Below, in pieces: positions 1 to 12,785 of a stretch of DNA of 64,000 nt. Position numbers and translations under genes: made by a program. Position 1 is the first letter of the stretch. Each line of letters begins with the position of its first letter. The notes below the pieces were generated by a model. It saw nothing but the letters and a program-made list of their open reading frames with translations. It made no database searches and had not been told where the DNA came from. Source of the DNA: Eledone cirrhosa (taxonomy: Eukaryota); NCBI GenBank assembly GCA_964016885.1, contig OZ024757.1, positions 17,608,001-17,672,000 on the forward strand, read 5' to 3'.

Positions 1-291
1 TCCCATGCTAATCTGATCTCCTAGGTACCGGAAGCTATCCACCACTTCTATAGCGCCCTCTCGCATTTGAAAAATGTGTCTATCAGTGCGACTTCTACTG
101 TCTAATTTCCCTGTACATCTACTGCATACATATTTCTCCCTACCTGTTAGTTTGCCTGCTATCCCGCTACATCTCTTGTGTACCCAGGACCTACATTGTG
201 TGCATTTTATAGAATTTATGCCAGTTCCTTTTCTGCATATCGAACATGGCCATTTCCCTGACGGAATCAGGGTTTTGTCCTCTTTTCTACT
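1..291 (-). mobile_element. RTE-clade LINE fragment (post-RT Cys-rich region)
   Basis: Reverse complement closely matches 56165-56450 of the RTE copy later in the window (GKWPCSICRKGTGINSIKCTQC...VVDSFRYLGD). Confidence 0.85.
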
Positions 292-984
292 CATCATTTC
301 TATATATATATATTAATTTCGAAAATACTAGGATTTTGTACAGCACAATTAATATGTAAGTAAATATACTTACTTAAGCTGATCTGTTTCTTAATAAAAA
401 AAATAAGAATACGGTAACATGAAAACTAGAACGGCAGGAACTCAGGTGCCGGGGTACCGAATTGTTCAACCCGTTTGTAGGTTGGAAACATCAATTGAGA
501 AATATTTATTACATTCTATCTTAAACATTTAAAATTAAATCCACGCTTGAAACCGTCCTGGTTTTATAAAACAATATCTCTACTAACATAATATAATAAC
601 TTCTCTTCAAATAATGTTCTAAACACCAGAGAAATATTACTGGACTAAGTTTATTTGTTGTCGTTACATATGACCAATACCTTATTATAGGTTAACTGGG
701 AGTTATACTAGATTAATTATTGAGGGAGTTACGTTGGACATGATGGAGAAGACATTGCACTGGCGAAGGTGATGCACTTGGACGGCCACTCTACCTCGCA
801 CGGCTGCTACCTGAACGCACCAGGTTGCCACTATAGATGGCCGAGTTGGTTCCATATCGTGTAAGTCATCTCAGCAATTTATAGACTTTGATAATAATTT
901 TCCAAGAAGCATGAAAAGTCCCCCAAATGATTTCACACAGGCAACTGATCTGAGCATTCCCAAAATTAATTAAAATGCGTGGGT

Positions 985-1105
985 AAGAATACGAGCAATT
1001 ATCTCAGTGTATTACTGGTACATTATTTTATCAACCCCGTAAGGATGAAAGGCAAAGTTAACCTCGGAGGGATTTGAACTATGACCCTCTGCCAATCCAC
1101 CGCCC
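985..1105 (-). mobile_element. tRNA-derived SINE family A, partial
   Basis: Contains the core 'ccccgtaaggatgaaaggcaaagttaacctcgg..ggatttgaact' also seen at 2700-2895, 9407-9593, 43865-43990 and 50255-50365. Confidence 0.75.
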
Positions 1106-1474
1106 TAGAGCTGAATAATAAAAATGTTAACACTGATCATGATAAACACTATATTGATTGCTGAAGGAGTTCTCTGAATTTGGATGCAATAATACCCGCA
1201 TACCTGGTCCTGACTTCCTTATCTACCAACGCTTGCCACTTTAGTCTGTAGGTTTCCCTGGATCTGCCAGGTTTGTGGGCTTCTAAGGCTTTATGTAGTC
1301 TCAAGCCACAGATAACTAGATGCTGATCAGTTGACAGCCCCCTCTCTTAATACGAACAGAATCGTAAAGCTCAGAGACAATAACAAAATCAATTATTGAT
1401 GTGATGTTATGAAGGAACCTAAAAATAAAATGTTTCAATGAAACTATTCAACATAAAATAAAGCTATACTTTAC

Positions 1475-1592
1475 CTTCATAAACCTGGAAAAATCCCAGT
1501 TTTTAACAGTTATTCGAGGGTTCGGAAAATATGGAAATCTTTACGCAGCCATTTTTTTCCCCTAGATAAATATATACAAAACACGCATGTGC
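1475..1592 (-). promoter_or_regulatory. Putative promoter and non-coding first exon of a ZNF gene located left of the window
   Basis: Paralogue of 22453-22572. Minus strand reads GCACATGCGT ... AAAATGGCTGC ... GAAG|GTAAAG, with the donor GT at 1474-1473. Confidence 0.55.
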
Positions 1593-2397
1593 AATAAATA
1601 AATATATATATATGTGTGTATCTACATATATATATTTATTTGTGTATATATGAATATATACATGTGTGCATATATATATATATATATATATGCATTTATA
1701 TACAAATATATTATTAATATATTTGTATATAAATGCATATATATATACACACATATGTATATATGAATATATACATAAATAAATATGCATGGGAAGTCCC
1801 ATGAAAGAAACTGGGAGAAATGGTGAGATTTTACGTAATGAAAAAGAAGACATCATCGTCGGACAGTGACAGTTGACAGAAATGATATATATTTGTTTGT
1901 ATATACGTAAATATATGTATTTTCATAATTTGTTGAAAGAAATATATTTTATTGAACCGAAATGAATAGAAGTAATTCTTTATTATTTCTCGTAATAAAA
2001 ATTGTTAATATGTTGCTGGTTGGTGAATGTGTCAAGAGGTAAAGATAAGGGTTATTTTGTTACAATTATGCATTGTATCCATAGTCATTTGCATGTATCA
2101 TTTTACCTAATCTTTCAAGTCTATTGAATTTATGTCAGATGTTGTCTTCAGTTGGGTGTTGGTGTCAATCCTTACCTATTATCTTGGGTAATGACCGAAA
2201 GAATATGATCGCGAATAAAAGCAACTGAAATGGGATTCCTCCGAAGCGTCTTTAGAGTAACATAGTCCAGAAATTTAGAGTTGATTACATCAACTTTGAT
2301 TGCTAGTTTATTTTTACCGACCCCAGAAGGACGAAAAGCAAAATTGACCACGTCATTATTTGAACTCAGAATTGAACTAATGCCATAAACTAATTAA

Positions 2398-2700
2398 ACA
2401 TTTTTTCACGCTCAGAGTTGCTGAAGCATGGAACAAACTACCTGCATCAGTTGTTAGCTGCCGAGACACTGCATCCTTTAAAACCTCCATGGAACAAACT
2501 GCCTGCATCAGTTGTTAGCTGCCGAGACACTGCATCCTTTAAAACCTCCATGCTCCCTGAGATGTAGAACACTAAACCTGATGTCCTTCCTCCATACACA
2601 CATGTACTTCATGACTCATACACTATTCATTTTCCTGACATTTCTACATTATTCATGTAGTATACATGCACCTGAGCACTGTAAACAATAATTTCATCAG
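2398..2700 (+). mobile_element. CR1-group LINE 3' fragment with an internal ~60-bp tandem duplication
   Basis: Encodes FFTLRVAEAWNKLPASVVSCRD and has the same 3' UTR as the element at 34811-39990. 'catggaacaaact...aaaacctc' occurs twice. Confidence 0.8.
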
Positions 2701-2895
2701 TGGATTGGCAGTATCGGTAGAGGGTCGGACGCCATGCTTTGACGCATAGAGTTACGGCCCTTGCCATTCTGAGTTCAAATCCCGCCGAGGTTGACTTTAC
2801 CTTTCATCCTTACGGGGTCGATAAAATAAAGTACCAGTAATACACTGGGTAATTGCTGGCCTTGTGCCAAAAGTAGAAACAATTATTATTATTAT
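2700..2895 (+). mobile_element. tRNA-derived SINE family A
   Basis: A-box-like TGGCAGTATCGGTAG, B-box GAGTTCAAATCCC, core CCTTTCATCCTTACGGGGTCGATAAAATAAAGTACCAG and an (att)n tail. Confidence 0.8.
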
Positions 2896-3699
2896 ATAAA
2901 CTGGAACAAATACAGCAAGGCGATCGCAACAACTAAGGGAGATAACTAAGATTGTTCCTAACGCTAAAGATTTGGGAGTTACTTTCCTTCGTTACGCAGG
3001 TGATTGCCAAAAATGACAGATTTTAGCATTTTTGAATATTCGTATATGTTAGGGACTAATGAATCATCGCTACCTCATACCCACTACACCGGCTCTCCAA
3101 CCGTGACTATCCACTCTTAACATTAACTGCAATACGAAGGATAGACGCCGAGCAAGATGGTTATATAACATCCATGAGCTTGGCTGGTCCCACTTTAGGG
3201 GATCCAGCCGGATCAGTTGCTTCTGACAGGACCCACTGGAAGGAGTGTTTGAGGATTCCCGACCCTCCCAGGATTAAGTGGGAGGAGGATAGACTGGATA
3301 ATTTAGTGACATATATAGAAGGATGGGTTTGTCTGATGGATGGGGACTGATTTGTGGTTTTTGCTGGTGGCGGGATGTTGAGATTCAGTGATCTGAGGTC
3401 TGCTCTCACCACCTCGCCCATGTTTTTCGTGGTCTTCTTTCCACACACGTGCATATATCCTTTTCTCTGGAAGAAATCAGATCAGTGTATTCAAATCTGG
3501 AAGGAAGGTGTGGTCTCCACCAGGTAATATCCAACAAATATTATATATCACTAACGTACTCCTGTCTGGGTTAGACAGTCAAGTAGCGATTAAGTATCTG
3601 TATTTCAGGGAGTTACTTTGGTGGTAGAGGCACATCTGTTGGTGCGGGATTTCATTGGAGATGGTACATAATGTTCTAATTCTGTAAGTTAGGATAACA

Positions 3700-4910
3700 T
3701 TGACTATAGTGAAGAGTACAGAGAGCAGGTGGGTGTCTACCAGGGTTCTGATCTTAGCCCTCTCTTGTTTATTAACATCCTGCAGGCTATAACAGGCATA
3801 GGTAGAAATTCCATCCTCTGTTTAAAATGCAAACGATTGATACACAAGGCATGTAGTGGCATCTCAGGTAGTTTAGCTAAGAAAGTACGTTTTACCTGTG
3901 GCCATGGCAAGAAGAGCAGTAGGCAGCAAACAAGCTCCATCAAGTTCTCTTGATGTTTCCAGAGAAAAAGTAAACAGCTTCTGTTACCAGGGTGATCAAA
4001 TCAGCAGTGGAGGTGGGTGTTCTTAAATTACAGTAGCCAGAGTGAGAACAGGATAAATAAAAATGTTTAGGGAGCTACTACCATTGCTATCTACTAACAG
4101 ATTTTCCCTCAAAATAATAGGTAGATATTATAATATGTGTATATGAACAACAATATTGCATGGGAGTGAGGCCTGAGTGCTGTGTAGAGAGAGCTGCAAA
4201 GATTGGAGAGAACTGAAGCTTGCATGTTTAAAAGTAATATACATGAACGACACATATAGGGAGCTCATAGATAGGACAAAAGCAGGAATGAACTGAGAGA
4301 GAAATTAGGCATAAGATGCAATGTGCAGGAGAGGAGATTATGTTGGTATGGACATGTGATGCACACAAAGGATGATAGCTGCACAAGAAGGTGCAGAGTG
4401 CTCAATGTTGAAGGAAGCTATGGAGTAGAAACACCTAAAAAGATTATGATGAGGTGATAAAAGCTGACCTTCCACAATTGCACGTCTCAAAGGACTGAGA
4501 GCAAGACTGGATCGAGATCTTTGGCACCATGCAGTATTACAGAAGACCTACAGTCAGTAGGCCCCTCCAAAGCAAACACACCCCACTCCTTCCCCCCAAC
4601 ACCACCCTTTCTCTATAAAGTTATGTTGGTACCACAACATCCAGTCCAAACTAATGAGATCATGTAGGTGTCACAACAAAAAAATACACAGTCCGCGCTG
4701 TAATGTGGCTGTGTAGGTAACACGGTAAAAAGTTCCCAGTTCCACACTGTAAATGTGGTTGGTATTAGGAAGGGCATCCAGCCGTAGAAAACCTGCCAGA
4801 TAGTCGTATACGAGCGAGAAACGGTCACCCAACCAATCTTGCCTCAAGTGGGACAACTCCCGTCTAACCCATGCTAGCCGGGAAGATAGACGTTAAACAA
4901 TGATGATGAT
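3700..4910 (+). mobile_element. Degraded RTE LINE 3' half with 3' UTR and (gat)n tail
   Basis: GVYQGSDLSPLLF..., CLKCKRLIHKACSGI; ends 'aacccatgctagc...gacgttaaacaatgatgatgat'. Homologous to 27965-29218 and 44738-46445. Confidence 0.85.
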
Positions 4911-4966
4911 ATATATACACAGAAACAGAATTAGATACATGCATCAACAGATCTTCCTATATCTAA

Positions 4967-5003
<37 letters not shown>

Positions 5004-5099
5004 CACATAAAGGTACATACATATAAACAGACATACATTTGTATATATGAAATACGTAAATACATAAATATACATATATTTTTCTAAACTTTATTCATA

Positions 5100-5870
5100 T
5101 GTATTTTTGACGTGTGTATATAATCTCATTTGTAAACTTAATTTATATTTCCTGGTCTCGTATAAGTAACAATTTGTAGACGGTTTATAACACAAAATTA
5201 GGAAAGTTAGTCAGAAATATTTTAAAAGTAAAACAATACATTAGTGAAAAAAACGTAATAATGATAAAAATTCTTGAATTACCTTGAAAATATTTATATA
5301 TTAGGTTGATATGTGGTCTAAAATATATATTGTCCATAAATGACTGATATCAGATGTTCTGGTGAAATAGTCGTCTTCTACTAGAGATTATAATGGAACT
5401 GTTAGTAGACACAATTGTAAAGTAAGAATAGATATGACAGTGTAAGACTGATGTCAGGGAAAGAAAATTGTGTGTGTATCTATATAATTGTTATAGAAGA
5501 TATAATTAGATAAAGTTATAATCAAGACAGCAGGTGCGCGATGACGTTGACAATATTTCAACTCTCTTACAGGTGTTATATGTTAAAAGTCCCTGATATA
5601 ATTTAATACATTCAGACATTGTTCCAATTGTATCTAATTGATGGTAAATCAAAAAGTATCACTCAGTAAAATAGCAATTATATATCTATAAGAAAACCGC
5701 TACGTAGTCTCTCTACCTGCTAGAAATAGCAGCAAAATTATCCATTTCAGCTTTATTTTTTGTTTAAACTTTCTTAAGTTTGGTTGTACAATCAACGACA
5801 GTAAGTCTTTTGTACAGACTTGGAAATATACTGGAAGACCGTCAGAATATCATTTTCTTTCTTGCTATAT
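5100..5870. repeat. Conserved non-TE block co-duplicated upstream of the ZNF genes (copy 1)
   Basis: 'ttaggttgatatgtggtctaaaatatatattgtcc...gtacaatcaac.acagtaagtc' recurs at ~23045, ~31415 and ~51695. Confidence 0.85.
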
Positions 5871-6182
5871 AAATATATATATAAGATGTATGTTTATATA
5901 TATAGAGAGAAAGCCATATATATCTTTCAATTTGATTATTATGGCTCTAGATGAAGTCTATTGTGCTTACTTATTGAGAAACACAAAATTCTAAACATAT
6001 TTGATATGCTTTGATTCCTAAATTGTGTGTGTATATATATATATATATAAATATATATGATAATTTCATATTTATATATATATATATATTTTCATATTTA
6101 TATATATATTTTCATATTTATATATGATATTTTATATATATATATTATATTTTCATATTTATATGATATTTTATATATATAT

Positions 6183-6362
6183 GGAAGCACATGGCTTAGT
6201 GGTTAGAGCATTGGCCTTGCAATCAAAAGATTGTGAGTTCAATTCTCAGACCGGGTGATGTGTTGTTTCCTTGAGCAAGACACTTTATTTCACATTGGTC
6301 CAGTTTACTCAGCTGTAGAAATGAGATGATAAGGACTGGGGTCCCTATCATTCCACTGCAGA
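6183..6362 (+). mobile_element. tRNA-derived CORE-like SINE family B (5' part)
   Basis: TGGCTTAGTGGTTAGAGC A box, GAGTTCAATTC B box, then CORE-like CCTTGAGCAAGACACTT...CAGTTTACTCAGCTGTAGAAATG. Confidence 0.8.
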
Positions 6363-6971
6363 GTGGTCGTGGACAAAGTTTCCAGCGACAACATTGGTCT
6401 TAGGTGTCATCAGCAGTCAAGGTGATGTCAAGCCACCTCACTTTCTCCCTGAGTGCCTCAAGCTTAACACCGATGGCTACATCCGCATTCTGAGCGAGGT
6501 AGTAAAGCCCTGGATCGACCAAGTAGCTGCAGGTAGGCTGTACGTGTGGCAGCAAGACTCAGCGCCCTGCACTACCAGCCGAAAGACCCAAGCCTGGCTG
6601 TCAGAGAACTTTGTCGACCACACTTCACCTGACATCTGGCCTCCCAGCTCGCCTGACTGCAACGCCCTCGACTTCTTTGTGTGGGGCGCAGTGGAACGAG
6701 ACACCAACAGATCTAGCTGCAATACGAAAGACGATCTGAAGGCCAGGATCAGAAGTGCCTTTAGGGGCCTAAGTCGGGAGACAGTGACGAAGGCCTGTAG
6801 CCGGTTCCGAGGCCGTCATCAAAGCCAATGGTGGGTTTATCGAGTGAGATCGAATGAACAAGTCATGAAGACAAACTGACCCAAGTTTGATAAATAAATC
6901 TTAAAAAATAAAACTACTGTGTCATTTTTTCCTAGACAGTAATCTTGCGAACAAATATCGTCCGCACCCTG
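6363..6971 (+). mobile_element. maT (DD37D) Tc1/mariner transposon, 3' part
   Basis: ORF 6394-6879 has QQDSAP-x-WPPSSPDCNALD with 37 residues between the 2nd and 3rd catalytic Asp. The right end is '...caccctg' followed by TA. Confidence 0.85.
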
Positions 6972-7149
6972 TATATGATATTTTATATATATATATATAT
7001 ATATAACAATGGAGGTGTGGTAAGGAACCAGATGGACCATAACGCACCAGAGTACTCAATACTTAGGGTAATAGAGTGGGTAATAGGAAAATGTTTAACC
7101 CCGATGGCAGAGCTCAAGCCGTTTCGACGGCTATTTCAGTCCAGAAATT

Positions 7150-9390
7150 ATGGATAGGGCATATTGTGCCTTCTTTCAGCTCCCTGGGTAGTATACCGCT
7201 AGCCAAGGAGCTGAAAGAAGAGCGTCTTCAGTGGGGTTGCTAAGGCCCGCTTACATGTTTTTTAAGAGGACTGCTGGGAATCCATCAGGTCCAGCAGCCG
7301 AGTCTGTTCTAATTTCATCTATGGCGTATACCACATCCTCCTCCGTTATGTCTATGTGGTTGATGGTCGCCATTTCTTCATGTAGTGTTGTGGCATCAAA
7401 GAAATCCTCTGGCTTTGTTATTTGCATGTGCATCAGTGGACATGTGAACACACTTTTGTACTGTTCGTTCAGTATTTCACTTATCTCTTGGGGATTGTCG
7501 GTTAATGAACCGTCAGTATGGAAGAGTGCCCCAATCTTGCAGTGTACCGAGGCAGTTTCTTTTGCAAATTTAAAGAAGGCCCTAGGGTTTGTTTTAACAT
7601 TTTCTATGGCCCTGCTTTCTTTCTTTGCCCTCTCATTCTCATGGGAAAGTTTGAGTGCAATCTCGGTGTCAAGTAGTGCACGTTTCAAATAGGATTCCTT
7701 CTTGTTTTTGTTTTCTTGTGCATTCAACTGGTTTGAGAGCTTGGTTCTACGTCTCATGAGGATTTTCCTATCTCTGGGAATAAGATTTTTGTGTCAGTTT
7801 GCCCTTTTCTCCGGGACAAACTTCTTGCATATGGTGTGTATCGTTGTCATGAACTGTTAAAATTGTGTGTTGGTGTCTTGTGTGGCCGTGTTTTCGCTCC
7901 ATATTTGCTTCCGGATTTCTCTTTTGATCTTTTTCCAGTTAGCCTTGTAGAAGTTAAGGCTGGATAACATCTCGGAGCTTCTTGATGGTTGTGTCTGTGT
8001 TGGTTCTCTTGGACCACATATAATTAGTTCTACTAAGTTATGATCTGAGAAAATTGTTGGTGGCACCTTTACATTGTGGATGAGCACTTTGTTGTTTGTA
8101 AAACAGAGGTCCAGGACATTTTCGCCTCTTGTTGGGAGGAGTACTGTTTGTTCCATGAACAGCCTGTGTGTGAGGGCCAGCAGAATTCCGTCTGTCTCTG
8201 TTCTATTGACGTCATTCCAGGGAGGAGGTGGCCCTCAGGCCATTTGACCTTTAGCAGGTTGAAGTCTCCCAGCAGTAGAATGTTGAGACCCTGGTCCAGT
8301 TTGTCAAGGACCTCTTCTATCATACTGAGGCTATCCTCAAATTTACCCTCATGACTGGCAGCCGATATGTGACACATACTACTGTCTTTAGTTGCTTCAT
8401 ATGTACTATCAGTGTGTCACAGACTGAGTTTGAATGTGTCAACAGTACAAATGGTGTGACATCTTCATGGATATACAGAGCAACCCCACCATGAGTTCTC
8501 TCCTCCCTGTCTGAACGAAATACAGTATATTTCTGCATCTGCTATACTGCTTGTCAGGTGCGTTTCGGTTAGTGCCATGCAATGGCTGTCGGTATGACAC
8601 CTGGCCTGGTGTCAGCGGCGGCCACTCTGGGTCCATTAATTGTGGTGGTCTCGAGTGCTGGTGTGGATGACCCTAGCTCTGAAAATGATGCAGCCAGGTC
8701 AGCTGTCCCACAATCTTCTCTGCCATCACTAAAAAATTTTTCTGCTCTGCTGCTGCCATCTGTATCTCGTCGGCATGTGCGTACCTTCTCCTTGTTGGTG
8801 CAGCACGCGCGACAACAGCAGCATACTTCTGGAGCGGCTTGTTTTGGCTTTGGCTGGGCATAGTTCGTTTAGGGCTTGGGGTGAGCGAATCTGCAGCAGG
8901 TCCCGTTCCTGAAGAACTTGCACATTACCTGGGTTTTCTTGCTCCCAGTGTCTCGGTGCTTTTTGTTCTTCCTTTGGACAGTTGTCCACTGGTCCCTCTG
9001 CGCTTGGTTCTCCTTCAGAAAGTGATTTTGCTTCTCACCTTTACCGTTTGCTTGTTGGTTGCCTGGCCTGCCCTCCTCGACTGTGCCGGCGGGTATCTCA
9101 TTTTCTTTCAGGTCCGGGTCCGTGCTTGTGCTTTCTTCTCTTCGTTTTTCTCCTCCTTGAGAACACGGCTTAGCATCGCCATATATAGCGCTATGAGGAC
9201 ATAGGCCTTCTCAATTTCTTTCTATCTGTGCCAGAGTCCTCAGAAACCCATGGTTCTTCAGGGTCTCCACAATCTCTTTGCTTGGTGGTGACCCATCAGC
9301 CAGGCTCCACCCCTTGATTAAAACCGCTAGTTCCATCTTTGACCAGTTTCGCTGACTCCTAATTTCACCTTTTCCCTGTATGCAGTTCAT
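7150..9390 (-). mobile_element. Degraded CR1-group LINE (ORF1, APE endonuclease, start of RT)
   Basis: Fragments FRSDREERTHGGVALY, LLLGDFN, PTRGENVLDL, FSDHNLV and DSAAGPDGFPAVLLK in frameshifted ORFs 7251-8538. Cys-rich ORF1 remnants at 8730-9000. Confidence 0.85.
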
Positions 9391-9406
9391 TTCGCATATA
9401 TATAAT

Positions 9407-9593
9407 TGTTTCTACTTTAGGCACAAGGCCAGCAATTACCCAGTGCATTACTGGTACTTTATTTTATCGACCCCGTAAGGATGAAAGGCAAAGTCAACCT
9501 CGGCGGGATTTGAACTCAGATCGTAAAGGGACGTAACTATGCTGGAAAGCATGGCGGCCAACCCTCTACCGATACTGCCAATCCACCGCCCTT
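9407..9593 (-). mobile_element. SINE family A with 17-bp target-site duplication
   Basis: Flanked by tttcgcatatatataat at 9390-9406 and 9594-9610. The duplicated copy of this locus near 10193-10210 is empty. Confidence 0.9.
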
Positions 9594-10305
9594 TTTCGCA
9601 TATATATAATGTTTGTAAATCTGACAATTTTGTCAGCAAAAGTCTTGGTTACAACTTCTATAAATAAAATGAAAGGAGAATAATTTCTTAGTAAAACAGT
9701 TTTATTTACATTGGAGGCAATATTTTACGTGAGTGATATCTTGTCTGATTGTGTTGCATTAAGTAATCTTTACAAGAGAATTATTTACCACAGACATCAC
9801 AGTGATATGGTTTATCTCCTGGATATGTTAGTATCTAGTAAAGCCACAACATTTAGAGAGGCATTTACCATTTTCTTTCACGTCCGGGTCCGTGCTTGTG
9901 CTTTCTTCCTTTTCTTTTTCTTCTCCTTTCTCTAAGTTTTTCTCCTCCTTGAGAACACGGCTTAGCATCGCCATATATAGCGCTATGAGGACATAGGCCT
10001 TCTCAATTTCTTTTCTTTTTCTTTCTATCTGTGCCAGAGTCCTCAGAAACCCATGGTTCTTCAGGGTCTCCACAATCTTTTTGCTTGGTGGTGACCCATC
10101 AGCCAGGCTCCACCCCTTGATTAAAACCGCTAGTTCCATCTTTGACCAGTTTCGCTGACTCCTAATTTCACCTTTTCCCTGTATGCAGTTCATTTCGTAT
10201 ATATATAATGTTTGTAAATCTGAATCATACAATTTTGTCAGCAAAAGTCTTGGTTACAACTTCTATAAATAAAATGAAAGGAGAATAATTTCTTAGTAAA
10301 ACAGT

Positions 10306-10311
10306 TTTATT
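10306..10311 (-). terminator. Putative polyadenylation signal (AATAAA) of ZNF1
   Basis: The context 'tagtaaa.cagttttatt' is conserved downstream of all four ZNF genes (25521, 34335, 57985) and is duplicated near 9700. Confidence 0.6.
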
Positions 10312-10379
10312 TACATTGGAGGCAATATTTTACGCGAGTGATATCTTGTCTGATTGTGTTGCATTAAGTAATCTTTACA

Positions 10380-10877
<498 letters not shown>

Positions 10878-12413
10878 TCAGTGATATGGCTTTTCTCTTG
10901 TATGTATAAGATTGTGCTTTATCAAGCTTCCTTTTTGAGAGAATGATTTACCACAGATATCACAGTGATATGGCTTCTCTCCTGTATGTACACGTTTATG
11001 CGTAGTTAAGTGACTACTTTGAGAGAATGTTTTACCACATATATCACAGTGATATGGCTTTTCTCCTGTATGTATACGTTTGTGAGAAGTTATGGCACTC
11101 TTGTCAGAGAATGATTTACCACAGATATCACAGCGATATGGCTTCTCTCCTGTATGTATACGTTTGTGAGAATTCAAGTGACCACTTCTGCAGAATGATT
11201 CACCACAGATCTCACACTGATATGGCTTCTCACCTGTATGGATGAGATTGTGTGTTGCTAAGTGTCCTTTTTGAGAGAATGATTTACCACAGATATCACA
11301 GTGATATGGCTTCTCACCTGTATGAACATGTTTGTGTTTAGTTAAGAAAATATTTTTAGAGAATGATTTACCACAGATATCACACTGATATGGCTTTTCT
11401 CCTGTATGTATATATTTGTGAGAATTTAAGCTGCCACTTCTGCAGAATGATTCACCACAGATATCACAGTGATATGGCTTCTCTCCTGTATGGATGAGAT
11501 TGTGTGTTGCTAAGTGTCCTTTTTGAGAGAATGATTTACCACAGATATCACAGTGATATGGCTTCTCACCTGTATGAACATGTTTGTGTTTAGTTAAGAA
11601 AATATTTTGAGCGAATGATTTACCACAGATCTCACACTGATATGGCTTCTCACCTGTATGGATGAGATTGTGTGTTGCTAAGTGTCCTTTTTGAGAGAAT
11701 GATTTACCACAGATATCACAGTGATATGGTTTCTCACCTGTATGAACATGTTTGTGTTTAGTTAAGAAAATATTTTTAGAGAATGATTTACCACAGATAT
11801 CACACTGATATGGCTTTTCTCCTGTATGTATATATTTGTGAGAATTTAAGCTGCCACTTCTGCAGAATGATTCACCACAGATATCACAGTGATATGGCTT
11901 CTCTCCTGTATGGATGAGATTGTGTGTTGCTAAGTGTCCTTTTTGAGAGAATGATTTACCACAGATATCACAGTGATATGGCTTCTCACCTGTATGAACA
12001 TGTTTGTGTTTAGTTAAGAAAATATTTTGAGCGAATGATTTACCACAGATATCACACTGATATGGCTTTTCTCCTGTATGTATATATTTGTGAGAATTTA
12101 AGCTGCTACTTCTGCAGAATGATTCACCACAGATATCACAGTGATATGGCTTCTCTCCTGTATGTATACGTTTGTGCTCTATTAACCTTACTTTTTGAGA
12201 GAATGATTTACCACAGATCTCACAGTGATATGGCTTCTCTCCTGTATGTACACGTTTATGCATAGTTAAGTTGCTCTTATTAAAGAATGACTTTTTACAG
12301 ATATCACAGTGATATGGCTTCTCTCCTCTATTCTTTGTAATCTCATCAGGAACAGTAATCCTTTTAGACAGTGTTTCACATTTTATCTTCTCACTGAATT
12401 TATTTTCCATCAT
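10878..12413 (-). CDS. C2H2 zinc-finger protein ZNF1 (17 tandem fingers, 511 aa)
   Basis: ATG start MMENK; 28-aa repeats CxxCx12HxxxH with TGEKPY linkers. Confidence 0.93.
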   Translation of the reverse strand: MMENKFSEKIKCETLSKRITVPDEITKNRGEKPYHCDICKKSFFNKSNLTMHKRVHTGEKPYHCEICGKSFSQKVRLIEHKRIHTGEKPYHCDICGESFCRSSSLNSHKYIHTGEKPYQCDICGKSFAQNIFLTKHKHVHTGEKPYHCDICGKSFSQKGHLATHNLIHTGEKPYHCDICGESFCRSGSLNSHKYIHTGEKPYQCDICGKSFSKNIFLTKHKHVHTGEKPYHCDICGKSFSQKGHLATHNLIHTGEKPYQCEICGKSFAQNIFLTKHKHVHTGEKPYHCDICGKSFSQKGHLATHNLIHTGEKPYHCDICGESFCRSGSLNSHKYIHTGEKPYQCDICGKSFSKNIFLTKHKHVHTGEKPYHCDICGKSFSQKGHLATHNLIHTGEKPYQCEICGESFCRSGHLNSHKRIHTGEKPYRCDICGKSFSDKSAITSHKRIHTGEKPYHCDICGKTFSQSSHLTTHKRVHTGEKPYHCDICGKSFSQKGSLIKHNLIHTREKPYH

Positions 12414-12755
12414 GTTTCTTTCTTCTCAACAAAATATACAGCTGTTTTTCTTGAAATATTTTTTAGATTATATTCCTAAAAAATATTTCTTTGATATTTC
12501 CCTCAACTGTTATCTCAGTTAATATCTGAAGATAATGTAAACATCTTTGTTATCCAAGTTTAGTTAAAATACAAAAACATCTCATATCTCAATATAAACT
12601 TAGTTCTGAGGAAATAATTCACAGTAATTGACCAATACATTTACATAAAGTGTTGTATGACTTCTGTATAAATAGATTTAGTCTTAAAATGATGATAAAT
12701 ATTGGTGATGAATCCAAGATAAAAAAATTAATTTATCCCAATTTCATCTGGTATT

Positions 12756-12785
12756 CTGAAATAAGAAAGAAACAGTATGAGATAA
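12756..12785 (-). promoter_or_regulatory. Splice acceptor of the ZNF coding exon
   Basis: Minus strand CTGTTTCTTTCTTATTTCAG|AATACCAGA. Near-identical motif at 27719, 42530 and 59550, 340-380 nt upstream of each start codon. Confidence 0.75.

Noticed and set aside
1791-1800. GGGAAGTCCC NF-kB-like site near the promoter
   Set aside because: A single short motif, not seen at the paralogous promoter; could be chance.
6183-6255. tRNA-like sequences (also ~2700, 32840, 43790, 44308, 53240)
   Set aside because: They are SINE heads followed by SINE bodies and tails; no complete cloverleaf is evident.
12414-12755. Conserved leader as a hidden N-terminal effector domain
   Set aside because: In-frame stops and indels occur between paralogues, so it is treated as 5' UTR.
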